Translations under genes and position numbers: made by a program | The notes under the pieces: model-generated | Database searches by the model: none | The model's input: only the letters and a program-made list of their open reading frames with translations | What the model was told of the DNA's origin: nothing | Shown here: piece by piece, positions 26,137 to 38,965 of the stretch | Position numbering within the stretch: position 1 is the stretch's first letter | Layout of the letters: each line of letters begins with the position of its first letter | DNA from: Ruditapes philippinarum | Taxonomy: Eukaryota | DNA length: 64,000 nt | NCBI RefSeq assembly: GCF_026571515.1 | Contig: NW_026860384.1 | Coordinates: 62,001 to 126,000 of the forward strand | Direction of reading: 5' to 3'

Positions 26137-27399
26137 TTATAATAAGACAAGCATCATGAACAAAAGTGTGGAGATTAAAAACAAAGATATGAAAACCAAG
26201 AATAGAATATCATCGATATGGTGAACAATAAGCTTCCTACGCTCGGGGGAACCAATTCCTGTTAACGTCTTTGACTTTGTTTCAGTGTTGTTATGTTGCG
26301 GGCTTTCGGTTTTTCGTATGTCTTCATTTTCTTCTATTGCTTCAACAGGTCTAGAGGTAACAAGTTTTCGTCTCTTACTAAGATTATAACAGTGGTTATA
26401 GAGGGAAACAATGGTAGAGCTTTGTGGATCGTCATTTATGTGTATCGCCCTTACTAATAAAATAGATACGGATGTTATCACCACGGCAATTGTCAGTTGA
26501 TAGCTTATATAAATTTGAAGATATGAAATATGTTTAGGAACTCTTGGCATGGACTCACTGAACAAATTCAGCAGCACAACAAAGGTGAGGAGCAAAGACA
26601 TACTGTAACTTATTCGTTCTCCACTCCCTACTGGTAACTTGAAACACAACACGATCATAAACGACAACAGGAAAACGGGAACTATAATGTTAAGAACATA
26701 AAACAACGAGTGACGTTTAAGAGTCAAAGTTATATCAAGAAATGTTATATATATATGAATCACTCTTTTCTCAATAATTGATTTTTCCAAAGCCCATTCA
26801 CCATTTTCCTTATATAAAACTCTTATAACTTGATCACGTAAAGCATCAATGAGAACTTCAGTGTCCGGAGTAGTTTTTGAAATCACGATTGTACAATGTT
26901 GAACGTCAAATGGGTATTTGGTGATGTCAATATCACAAGATGTACGGATATTTCCTCCTGTATACCATAGTGCATCACCGTTACTTTCAACTTTAATATG
27001 TGACATGTCCGCGCGATTTTCTGTCAGGACGTATAATGAGTCAATACTATTACCTGCAATAACATCGGGTATCCATGCATCTACAGGTGATATATACATT
27101 GTTTTAATATCACTAAATTCTGATTCATTCCAAACCAAAGTTTCATATTTCCAGTTACACGTTAGAACAATGGTAGACAGTAACACCTGTTCCTTTTCAT
27201 CTAATTCTTGAATTGCCTGTAAGTTAACATCGATCCCTACAATAACTGACTTAGACTGATTAATAACTGGTCTAATGGTTTTGTCAAAGTTTTCCTCTAG
27301 ATGTCCATAAAGTCTTTTATATTCCCAAAATGTATTACCCTGGCCATTTTCTATCATTATATGACAAACTACACAGAAGAAAATATATCCAACTTCCAT
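26137..27399 (-). CDS. Intronless nAChR-like Cys-loop channel subunit (copy 2), 420 aa
   Basis: About 88% identical to copy 1 by hand count (~50 differences). Cys-loop CDIDITKYPFDVQHC, M2 GERISYSMSLLLTF, intact ORF. Confidence 0.97.
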   Translation of the reverse strand: MEVGYIFFCVVCHIMIENGQGNTFWEYKRLYGHLEENFDKTIRPVINQSKSVIVGIDVNLQAIQELDEKEQVLLSTIVLTCNWKYETLVWNESEFSDIKTMYISPVDAWIPDVIAGNSIDSLYVLTENRADMSHIKVESNGDALWYTGGNIRTSCDIDITKYPFDVQHCTIVISKTTPDTEVLIDALRDQVIRVLYKENGEWALEKSIIEKRVIHIYITFLDITLTLKRHSLFYVLNIIVPVFLLSFMIVLCFKLPVGSGERISYSMSLLLTFVVLLNLFSESMPRVPKHISYLQIYISYQLTIAVVITSVSILLVRAIHINDDPQSSTIVSLYNHCYNLSKRRKLVTSRPVEAIEENEDIRKTESPQHNNTETKSKTLTGIGSPERRKLIVHHIDDILFLVFISLFLISTLLFMMLVLL

Positions 27400-28397
27400 G
27401 TTTTCACCAAAAGTAAGAAGCAGTTATAAATATTTGCTTTTAAAAAACATATAACATATTTCCTCTCCGTAAAATTTACTTTCCTTCTGACATTATTGTA
27501 TAATGTTAATGGATATTCTACGTCACTTTTTCAAAGGATCCGCTTTTAATTATAACACTTTGATTTTCTGTTTTTCAAGAGTCCCCGCTGTGTATTTAAT
27601 ATTATCATCGACAATATAGCTAGTAAACGCTTTTAAAATGCTTTTAATCATACTTTAAATTTTATATTTTATTTTACTTCTGTCATCATCAGTCATTTTT
27701 ATAAACAAGTCATGAAATTAAAGCATATATGTACATGTATAACCTTTCCGTTTTTGAAGATAATTATTGCTTTTACAATAAAAATCCTTTTCTGGTTTCT
27801 TTGGTGGCAAAGAGGTGACATTTGATATTATCTTATGGCCACAACTTACTGTTTGAAGCCGCGACTTGTTTTAGCCAATGAAAATGGTTGTATTATCTTT
27901 GGCGGAGACATCGACATAAACTAAGTTATATATTAGTGAAATGTTATTTATTTAGAAATAATCATATTAATTGACATTTTTCATATTCTAAACCTGCCAG
28001 AGCAATAAAGGTATATTTGGCAGATAACTGACTTGATTTCCATTAAAGAAAACCATGTTAAACAAAAGTAATTGGGTGTGGTCAATGATGACGTACAAAG
28101 GTTGTGATTTATTATAATGGTGTATTTTGTGCCGCGTGGCGGACATGGTTTTTATCATTGCATTCCTTTGACTTAAATTATGTATACATGTACTCATTTA
28201 AGATATCAGACTTGAAATATAAATAACCATGCTTTAAAAGTCATCTTAATTATTTTTTTTTAATTCTTTACACACACACACACACGCGCGCGCATGCACT
28301 CACGCAAGCACGCATGCACAAACAGGCAATCACGCGCACTCACACACAGACAAACACACATACTTTGAAACAAACGAGCGTTAGATTAAGTAATTAA

Positions 28398-30371
28398 GGC
28401 GACAACGGACACGTTTCGTTGTACTACCATAAATGTCATTTAAACCAACTTATTTTTGAGTAAAAATTGTTATTTATTTAAATTTTGTGCATTAAATATC
28501 TTTGATCTTCATAAAAAATATCATATTTGAAAAATGCCTTTGTAAATTATTGATAAAAATTAAATTCTATAATTTTAAATCGTCATATCAAAGTCATTTT
28601 TTATTTATTTATTTTTTTATCATCAAACTCTTGGAGTATAAACATAATTATTACAATATCTGGGGAACCCGTGTCCCAGGTTTTTTTTATTTTTTCTCAA
28701 AAAATATAACGTTACGTCAATTAATTTATGCGACTTTTTTCACCATACATACGAAAATTAAAGATAATTAAGTCGCTGATTGGGCGAACAAAATTCCCTG
28801 AGACGGTTCCCTCCGTAATTGAATTCCCTTTCATGTGCTTTAAACTGCATGTACATTGCTTGTTTATTAAAAAAAAGTTGTGCTGATTCAAAGTTAGTCC
28901 GACGCGCATCAAACGAAGTGTCATAAATCGGCTGTTCTCTCTCAGACCCCTACGTTTTCCGTTAAATTATTGTATAATTTAATCATCAAGTATGTATGTA
29001 ATATTTCTTACTTTTATGTAAATATTACATACTTAACGATTAACGCAAATAAAAACATTTGTCGTGCTTTGAGGGTACCGATGTGTTCAAAAATGATAGG
29101 GTACCTGTGATATGAAAATTCAAATGAAGAGAGGTAGCCCGTGCCGCTGCAAAACCGAAAGTAGGGTGTTTTAATGAATTTTACATTTATTTTTGACACT
29201 ATACTGCCATTTGTCCGAAGATGATATGTATATGAACATATTAAATATGTATGATGCATATATAATCAAGCCACAGGTTCATTTCAGCCCGAAACAATAT
29301 GTCGAGGTGATGGGCGAGACAAGACATGTCGATTTTTGTAGCTATTGTGAAGTTGCGGTGCATGAAAATCGGGCACATGACAAATCAGCACATAAATAAA
29401 ATATTCTAGTGTTCCGTGGTATACATCTTTTCTATGTGTCATACCTTGTTTCCTTTTTACAATGAAATTTTACTGTATTGTTATCCATCGCTGGTTTGTT
29501 TTTAGCAGAGAATAACCTGTGCATGTTCAAAGAGGGTACCGTTTGAGCAGATTTCGCAAAGAGGGTACCGATATGGATATGCACCGTGTATAAATGCTTG
29601 ACATAATTTAATAGAAATAAAAGGTATTTTTATCGATCAATATGATCTGACGTTCTTGACTTTTATTATTCAAAATTCTATCTATGCAAGACATACATAG
29701 ATTCAGTTTCTTCTTGGACATACAATAAATTGTGTTCGATTTACTAGTGAACAATATATTCAAACCGTTCACTGAAAATATATTTTCTTATCTTTTTCAT
29801 TGATTCATAAAGAATAAATCATCCGAAGACTATCGTAATTTTTTTTTAGAAATTTGTAAGGGACACCTAATCACCTGTCATATATAGGCGTTCACATAAA
29901 AGTTTGACATTGTTAGAAAAAACGAGGTTGCATGCAAAGCAAGCTCTTGAATCCGTAGTTAAGTTCATAAACTCAATATAATGTCTCTCAGATTACGAGA
30001 TAAATACATTTCATACATTATGGATAAAGGCAGCTACATTGTTTTAACCATCCCCATGGGCGTGCGATTTACGGCTATGCTAAATTATTTGTGACATCTT
30101 GGCCGACAATTTCTTAATTTATAAAATGACTACTTAAATGGTAGACGATACAATGTTGAAATATTCACGTTATTGATAATGGACAGGTTACGTGCATAGC
30201 GGATAAAAATGGTATAGGTATCGTTTTAAAACGTTTAAAAACATATTTTCTGGACTAACTGCTTCCAAAATTAAATCACGAAATTCAATGTATTCAGAAA
30301 AAGTTAATAAATCTACTTAGCAAAAAATCTCAGTTTAGGTATTTTTAGTGATAATTGACTCCGTTTTCACC
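28398..30371 (+). mobile_element. Non-autonomous TTAA-flanked (Kolobok-like) DNA transposon, copy A (1974 bp)
   Basis: TTAA at 28394-28397 and 30372-30375; short TIRs ggcgacaacgga / tccgttttcacc. GG termini with TTAA fit Kolobok better than piggyBac. Confidence 0.8.
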
Positions 30372-30375
30372 TTAA

Positions 30376-32351
30376 GGTGACAACGGAGTCAATTATCACT
30401 GAAAATACCTAAAATGAGATTTTTTGCTTACTAGATTTATCAATCTTTTCTGAACACATTCGTGATTTAATTTTGGAAGCAGTTAGTCCAAAAAATGTGT
30501 TTTTAAACATTTAAAAACGGTACATGTACCATTTTTATCTGCTATTCGCGTAACCTGTCAATTATCGATAACGCTCCGCCCCCTGTTGAGGCATCAATGA
30601 GGGAAATCGGTAGTTCCATATATCCGTAAATTTCCGGTCCATACTGGTCCATACTACTCGTAATTCATGTATTGTACAAATACCGTACATCTTTTATGAA
30701 TATCGTCTACCTTTTATTTAGCATTTTTTATAAAATAAGAAATTGTCGACCAATGTACGTAACAAAATGTATGAAACATAAATAATTAAGCATAGCGGCA
30801 AATCGCACGACCACGGGGTTGATTAAAAATATAGTTGCTAAAATATCCATAATGTGTGAAAATAATTTGTCTGTCCCGTTAATCTGATAGATATTACATT
30901 GAGTTTATGGACTTTTGTACGGATTCAACGGCATGCTTTACATTCAACCCCGTTTTCTAACAATGTCAAGTAAAACAACAACAAAAACAGACAAACATTT
31001 TTTATGTGAACGCCTATATGACTTGTTGTAAGGTGTCCCTGACAAATTTCTAAACCATTTTAGATTGTGTAAGGATGATTATTTCTCTATGAATCAATAA
31101 AAAAAGATATTAATATATATTATCAGTGAATGCTTTGAATAAATTGTTCGCCAGTAAATCGAACACAGTACTAATAAACCTGGGACAAAGTATGGGATTT
31201 ATTGTATATCCCAGTAGAAACTGGATGTAGATGATTTTCATGATAATAGAAGTCAAGAAGGTCAGATCATAATGATCGAGTGATACCTTTTATATCTATT
31301 AAAATATGTCAAGCATTTATATCAATTTGGAAATAAAATATATAATATCTCGTTCTTATTTGTACATCTACCATGGACTTTAAAAAGACCGTCTGAAGCT
31401 CAGTTTTTTGTTATTTTAATTTATATTTTAACGGAATTTCATACACGAATACACAGACAGAGTGACACTGTTATAATATAATAATAATGCTGATGATAAT
31501 AATAATAAACTTCAAAAGTGAAACAATTAAATACCCCGCTAGCGGTGCGCAAATACGTTCCATTTCCCCCCCACCGAGTGCCTCAAATTTTACCGAAAGT
31601 CACGTGACATGTGCGACCGATACCAGACGGACAGTAAATCACGTTAAGATTTGAATAAATTTCTGTTATAAACTGATATTAATCAGCAACTTTTAATTGG
31701 TCAGATGTCACTGGGTCATAAAATGTTGTTAGAGTAAGTTACCGCAACTTGTGACCCTCTCTGTTGCGATATTTGTGTATTATGCAATTATTAAGCCTGA
31801 AACGTAGGGGTCCGAGAGAGAACAGCCGATTTATGACACTTCGTTTGATGCGGGTCGGACTAACTTTGAATCGGCATAACTTTTTTAATAATCAAACAAT
31901 TAACATGCGGTTTAAAGCACATGAAAGGGAATTTATTTACGGAGGGAACCGTGTCAGGGATTTTTGTTTGCTCAATCAGCGACTTAATTATCTTTAATTA
32001 CGTAATATGTATGGTGAAAAAAGTCGCACAAAATGTTTGACGTTACGTAATATTTTTTTTAGAAAAGATAGAAAAAAATTTGAGACACGGTTCCCCAGAT
32101 ATTATAAGTATGTTTATTTTCCAAAAGTTTGATGACAAAAAAAATAAAAAATGACTTTGATATGACGATTTAAAATTTTAGGATTTTTATTAAAAACCAA
32201 TCATTTACAAAGGCATTTTTTCAAATATGTTATTTTTTATGATGATCAACGACATTTAATGCACAAAGATTAAATAAATAACAATTACTACTAAAATAAG
32301 TTGGTTTAAATGACATTTATGTGAGTACCACGGAAAGTGTCTGTTGTCACC
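30376..32351 (-). mobile_element. Non-autonomous TTAA-flanked (Kolobok-like) DNA transposon, copy B, inverted (1976 bp)
   Basis: Starts ggtgacaacgga after the shared TTAA and ends tctgttgtcacc + TTAA (32352-32355). Both arms are reverse complements of the copy A arms. Confidence 0.8.
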
Positions 32352-32488
32352 TTAAGTAATTTAATGCTCATTTTATTCCGATTAAACTATAGCATGATTC
32401 TATAGCACCATTCTTGATGCCTTTCATTATGTACCATGTAATGAAAAAACAACGTCATTTGTCCTGGAAAAATGAATATCTTCCTGTA

Positions 32489-32790
32489 CGAGGATTGATC
32501 AAAAAGTTCTCGGGCCGATGTACTTCCGGTAGTCAGAAAACCCACCTTATTGTCTTACTTTCAATATAATCGCCCTCTAGATCAATGCACTTTGCCTACC
32601 AGTACTCCAAATTGTTTAACCTTTCAAAATAGAACTCTCTATTTGGGTCCTCAAAGAACTCATTGACTGCCTCTATGACACGTTCATTGCTTAAAAACGT
32701 ATACCACGAAGCATGGTTTTCAGTTTCGGAAACAGGTCAGAGAGTGCCAAATCCGGAGAATATGGGGGAAGGGGAATAACTCTTTTGTTC
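32489..32790 (-). mobile_element. Mariner transposon 3' remnant
   Basis: TA + cgaggattgatcaaaaagtt mariner-type end; minus-strand PPYSPDLALSD and KCIDLEGDYIE transposase motifs. Second TIR not found. Confidence 0.8.
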
Positions 32791-35700
32791 ACGAATCGTT
32801 ATCACTGAAAAAACTTCATATCGTATAAATATTTTTTTCTTCAGAAACTTTATTATCAAGCAAAGTGGCAAACCTTGACTGAATTCACACAAAATATAAC
32901 TAAAACATGGTAACTAATATCGTACAGCTCCAATGACTCAAATTTGGCCCACTTTCTAATGGGTTGTTGTTCATGTCCTATCATTTGAAAAAATTAAGCT
33001 GATAAAGCTGTTATATTGTTATGATGGCTCAAGTAAATCTTGTGTTCTCTGCAAGTCAATAGCATCCCTTTATTATCCCCTCCAATTCGAATTGTTCCAT
33101 GAGCGGTTCGTGCATGGTACTGTATTATTGTTTTGTGGGCACCTCTCTTTCCCCGTCTTAGTCGATTTTTCTAGATTTATTTTCAGTTATCTTGTCTGAC
33201 TGAACGTTATTTTAGGATGAGTTCCGAAAACTATGCAGTGATTTGTTGTATTCTGCACAATTACCGGTATTAGATTGGAAATGAACTTAAAGTGACAATA
33301 GGCCAATGTATTCAGTTATTCATATATTTGTAAATTTACATTACTTTACATAAAATAAGATTTAATTTCCTTGCATGTTGTATATAAAACTGTGCATTAT
33401 TATATTTATTAAAGAGAACATTTCTCATAACAATGTCAGCCGGAATCTCAAAGAAGAAAACTTGCGAAAGAATCACATCAGCAGTACTCAATTATATATC
33501 CATGTTAAAACTATGATAAACGTTTTACAGAATACTTTTATTATTAAGCTTAATTTGCTTACAAGAAAACTAAGTGCAATATTGGTAATTGTGGGTTCTA
33601 TTTCCCGTGGTAAATTTTGAAATAATGTATATAATTTTCTGATACAAATGAATGAAAGCTGGCCATTTAGTGCTAACATCAATCTAATGGCAGTATCAAA
33701 ATAAATTGATATCGTATTCGACGTATTAGAACAAGAATATATCGTATTTCATATCTCATTAACAGTACAAACTTCGTCAGTGTTGTTTAGAATGATAATT
33801 GAAATGTAGTAATTCTGTAATACTGCATGTATTTAACGTTGCTTTTAATTGTATAAGCGTAGCGTTTATATAAACTCTATAAACGACTGCTGTCAATTTA
33901 TGAAGAAATTGCATTTTGATAATCCATAAAAGTTTGAAGTATTAAAGATCCTTTATTAAGATTCTAGATAGGTTATATAGTCGTGTATAAACATTTATAT
34001 TCAATATGTTCATATAAGGTCATATAACTTGTCAATAAAAACAACAACTTTGTAACTAATACAGCATTCGGTTTGAAATGCTAAATGAACTATAATTGAT
34101 TATGTAACCAAATTCGATCGGTGTTGTTTAAACTGGTGATGAAATACAGTAAAATACATAACCACGTCGTTCAGTGTTGCTGAAAATGCTTATTGAAATA
34201 TGAACAAATATATAACTACATAAGGTCAGTTTTTTAAAAAAAACAATTAATGAAATGAAATTAAGTACCTTATATGGCCACGTAGGTTAGTGTTGTTTAA
34301 AATGCATAATGACAACTTACTCAATACATAACAGTAAATTATAGTCAGCTAAATTATGTTTTGTTGAAAATGTTGATACATGTATGTGACTAATAATTTG
34401 ATCCTACGTTTAATTTAAGGTACTTCGCAGCAACAGTGGGTCATTGCATGCTATGTAACACTAACAATTAGATTGATACAAAAAATAGCTGAGATCTTTT
34501 AGATACAAAGCGTGTCAGATTCGCGTCATAGTTTCTCCGAATGTGAAAGCCACCAGTGAAGAGAAAGTAAAAAAAAGATTTAAAAAAAATAAAACGCGTG
34601 TCTCAATCGACTTACTCAGGAATTAGAAATATATTTGGTTTTTTTCCCAGGTAATCCGTAGGTACAAACAAACTTTAAAAGTTAAGCTCAACAGGTTAAG
34701 TAATCTATTGTGACCGATAGTGCATTGTAAAGCTGTATCGGTAAAAGTTTGTTTGTTCTGGGGCATTAGCAAGGGAAAAAAACCTAAGTTGCCGAGTTTA
34801 GGATAATATCTACTGATGATTACGAATAATCATGATCATACTTTATTTTTACATATCAAACATTAAAATACAGTGCACACTGTCTTATGAGAGCTAGTCA
34901 TTTGTCTGTCGTGCAGTATCAAAGTTCATAGGTAACGTATAAACATTAAGAACATATTTCATATAGTGTACATCATTAACTGTACAATCTGAAGTGATTT
35001 CTTTAAGGTGATCTGTTTCTAAGAAGTGATTTCTTTAAGGTGATCTTTTTCTAAGAAAAAAAATCGTATTATGACAAAGGCTTATATAGCTTTTTCTGAA
35101 AACATTGCATTTTGTTGGGTCGTTGATCGGTCAAGTGAAAATTGACAAGTATAGATATATTTCTATTTATCGAACAATGCCAGTCAGCTAATCTTATTTC
35201 ATTGAAGCAGTTGATTGAACAAATATGAACAGCTTTGTCATGGAAAAACCATGGTTATCGACACCCAAAAAAATCGGCTAAATTTATCCAGTCATCACAC
35301 AATCTAAAACTCTTGTCAACTTTTTTTATTTATATAAAATTTATTCACTTACAATGATTAGTAAATATTTTAAGGGGATTTAACTGTTAAATATTTTACG
35401 ACTCAAAGAAGTGATAAATTAGATATCACAAGCTTTAACTTTAGACATGTGACTAAATTTATAAATTTGTGATACATCAATCATGTATACTAAAGTGTAA
35501 GGTTATCATATATCAATCATATTGATTTTGTTTATCACATGTAGCATTACTACCAACCTAATAATATACTAAGAATAAAACAAAAAGGAGTTGTGATAAT
35601 TGTCTCAAAGTATTCAATATCCTGACAATAATACAAAGTAGTTAATTTTAATGCATTTTAGAAGGGAACGCCCTTATAACACGTTTAAAGAGAAATGCAA

Positions 35701-37257
35701 GAAATAGGAACACATCGCTGACATGAAATCTAATGAATGATTACAATACATTATAGTATTAAATATCATGTTAATAATTGGAATTTATATCACTTTTTCA
35801 TATAAAAGCTGATCTAAATTAGCAACAAACTGGTAAAAACTTTCATTCTCGGGCTTTTAGTGCTGGAAAGCTTATTTGAATGTGCATGTGTTTTGTTTTT
35901 ATTATTTTGAGTAGCACGTAGTATTAAAATCACGTTAGTTAATTTGTTTTATGAATGCAAAGAATTTCACTGATTCAAACTGATATTACTCTTTTTAATA
36001 GTATGGACGGATTGGCACCAGATAAAATGTCGTTGTTAAAGCGACGTTTTTGCTAAAGATAAAAACAATCAGATGATGTATTGGGATTTTTGGTTTCATA
36101 GAAATGAAATAGCACTGTTATGAGGAAACGATAAAATACCAAAGATTATAAAATGAAGTTTTTGGTAAAAGTTTGACAAAGAGGATACATGTTATGGCCT
36201 TTTTCACAAATCTTATTACAATGTATAGGATAAATATTTTATTTTCTATACTTTTTGATGATTAATTAGATGATTAATTTAAATATGTTCTATATGTGTG
36301 TATATTAACAGAATGATTAAAAGGTCTTTTTCGCGAAAAGAAAGTAGAGATGTAATTACAATGCATAAATTTATCACACATTTTTTCTGTTCTGATATAC
36401 ATAGTGCATTGTTATAAAAATTTAAATAATATATTTGATTATGTACATGTATGGATTTTGTCTTATAAATTTCAAATATTGTATTACCTTTATGTAATAT
36501 GGCATACGTTTCATGGATATGTAATACTTTCCAAACTTTATCGACTTAACATATGGAACAAAAGTCCCCATTGATTTTTTTTTTTTTTTTTTGCTTTGAA
36601 TAAGAAATCACTTCTTTCTCCATTTGACTTTAAAGCAAAGATAATGCCATATGAATGAGTTATGTTTCAATGTCTGAAAACAACATCCAAGCTCTAATAA
36701 CAAACGACAAATCTTAGATAAATTTATTGAAACTCTACGCAACCATCAAATAAAAATAAGATTTAAATTTAAAATGCCAGTATCATTGGGAATAACGAAA
36801 ACAAAACATTAGTGGCTAAAATCAGTCGTATGACTTCATGTACATGTTGCGTAAACTCAGTTTGCATTGTTAAAAGCTTAACAAGAAGGTTAAAACAGAC
36901 TTACGGTACATGAAGGTTTTTCTAGTCAAAATGAGGCATAAAGGTTTTACAAGCATAACATTTGTATGGAAAACTGTAAAGGTAATACATTTAAGTTCAG
37001 CGGTGAGCAACATAATGAAGCATATACATGTATAAGGGCATAACACACACGGTTTTATTGTATGAAAGATAAAGACGATTAAATCATTTCACAACACATA
37101 TCACTGGTTTAAGCAGTTACATGTAGTTCAATGAAGAGATTCAATGTTCCTCACTAATGTAACAAAACCGAATTAACGCAAGTGACGATCTTTACAGAGT
37201 AAGTTCTGCTGTTGTGAGCAGAGACTGTATAGAGAGCTTTATCCCATAATAACTTTT

Positions 37258-37630
37258 TTTTATCTTACGCCCCATACCACCGCCTTTTATCTCATTCCCC
37301 ATATCACCGACTTAAATATCATACCCCATACTTCCGATTTCATTTTATGCCTCATACCACATACATGTACTTCTATCTCATTTCCCATACCACCGGCTTT
37401 TATCTCATGCCATATACCATCGACTTTATCTCATGCCATATACCACCGACTTTATGTCATGCCCTATACCACCGACTTTATCTCATGCCCCATACCATCG
37501 ACTTTATATCATGCAATATACCACCGTCTTTATATCATGCCATATACCACCGACTTTATCTGCCATATACCACCGACTTCATCTCATGCCCCATAACATC
37601 AACTTTCTCTCATGCCCCATAACACCGACA
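37258..37630. repeat. 26-bp minisatellite (actttatctcatgccatataccaccg), about 14 copies
   Basis: actttat recurs at 37423, 37449, 37475 and 37501. Confidence 0.92.
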
Positions 37631-38014
37631 ATGCATTGAAATCACAAGCTTTATTATATAAGTGATGACAGTATTGAAGTTTGTTAAAAGTATGGTTAAA
37701 AGCATTTTAAAAGCATTTGTGTTTCTATTTGTATTGTAATTTGCTATGAAAGGCATACACTAGATAACGGATGTTCATAACAAGGACCATCGTCACACTA
37801 TTAACTATATCAGTAATTTTAATTGCCCACCATTTATAGTTAGTCTTAAACATTCAAACAGACAAAAAATCGATCTATTTGCATTGCTTTTGAAAAGAAT
37901 GAAAATACAATCTGATTATGTAAGTTACTTTAAAAGAAAGAAAATCAATTGTGTTACATGTTTTATCTATGAATATCTTAATAACTGCTTCTAAAAAGTT
38001 TGAATATTTAAGTG

Positions 38015-38965
38015 TATGTAGTTTGTCATAAAATGATGGGAAAGGGCCAGGGTAATACATTTTGGGAATATAAAAAAACTTTATAGACATCTAGAGGTAA
38101 ACTTTGACAAAACAATTAGACCAGTCATTTATCAGTCTTAGTCAATTATTGTAGGAATCGACTTTAGCCTACAGGCAATTCAAGGATTAGATGAAAAGGA
38201 ACAGGTATTACAGTCTACCATTGCTCTAACGTGTTACTGGAAATATGAAACTTAGGTTTGGAATGAATCAGAATTTAGTGAGATTAAAACAATGTATGTA
38301 TCACCTGTTGATGCATGGATACCCGATTTTATAGCGAGAAATAGTATTAACTCTTTTTTTTTTGACAGAAAATCGGGCGGAAATGTTACAAGTAACGGGG
38401 ATGCACTATGGTATACAGGAGGAAATATCCGTACATCCTGTAACATTGAAATCAAGTGACCAAATGGAAGGACTTTTATATAGGGAAAATGGTGATTGGG
38501 TTTTGGAAAATACAATTATTGAGAAAAGAGTAATATATAGATATGTTACATTTCTTGATATAACTTTGACTCTTAAACGTCGCTCGTTGCTTAATGTTCT
38601 TAACATTATAATTCCTGTTTTCCTTTCGTCGTTTATGATCGTGTTGTGTTTCAATATACCAGTAGCGAGTGGGGAACGAATAAGTTACAGTATGTCTTTG
38701 CTCCTCACCTTTGTTGTGCTGCTGAATTTGGTCAGTGAGTCCATGCCTAGAGTTCCTAAATATATATCATATCTTCAAATATATATATAAAACTTTTTAA
38801 TCAATGTTATAACCTTAGAAAAAGAAGGAATCATAATGAGTCTACACCTCTTCAAGAACAGGAAGTAAATGAAAACGAACGACAAAACGATATCCGAAAT
38901 CATGAGCACTCTAATACACAGTCAAAGTCCGACATAAAACCTGGTTTCCCGACACGGCGACCATC
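38015..38965 (+). pseudogene. Inverted nAChR-like pseudogene (fourth cluster member)
   Basis: Homologous from CH..GQGNTFWEYK onward. Start codon region lost, +1 frameshift in an A-run, in-frame TAG stops (~38138, ~38253), deletion of the second half of the Cys-loop and loop B, most of M3 deleted, M4 absent. Confidence 0.93.

Noticed and set aside
33700-34400. Recurrent (c/t)agtgttgttt-like words suggesting an old satellite
   Set aside because: Could not establish a consistent period by eye.
34991-35056. Short two-copy tandem duplication (also ~24570-24610 and ~53198-53263)
   Set aside because: Ordinary slippage duplications with no further structure.
37258-37640. CRISPR-like regular repeat and ORFs 37347..37622 and 37433..37639
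   Set aside because: Head-to-tail units without unique spacers, no cas genes, eukaryotic context; the ORFs are repeat translations.
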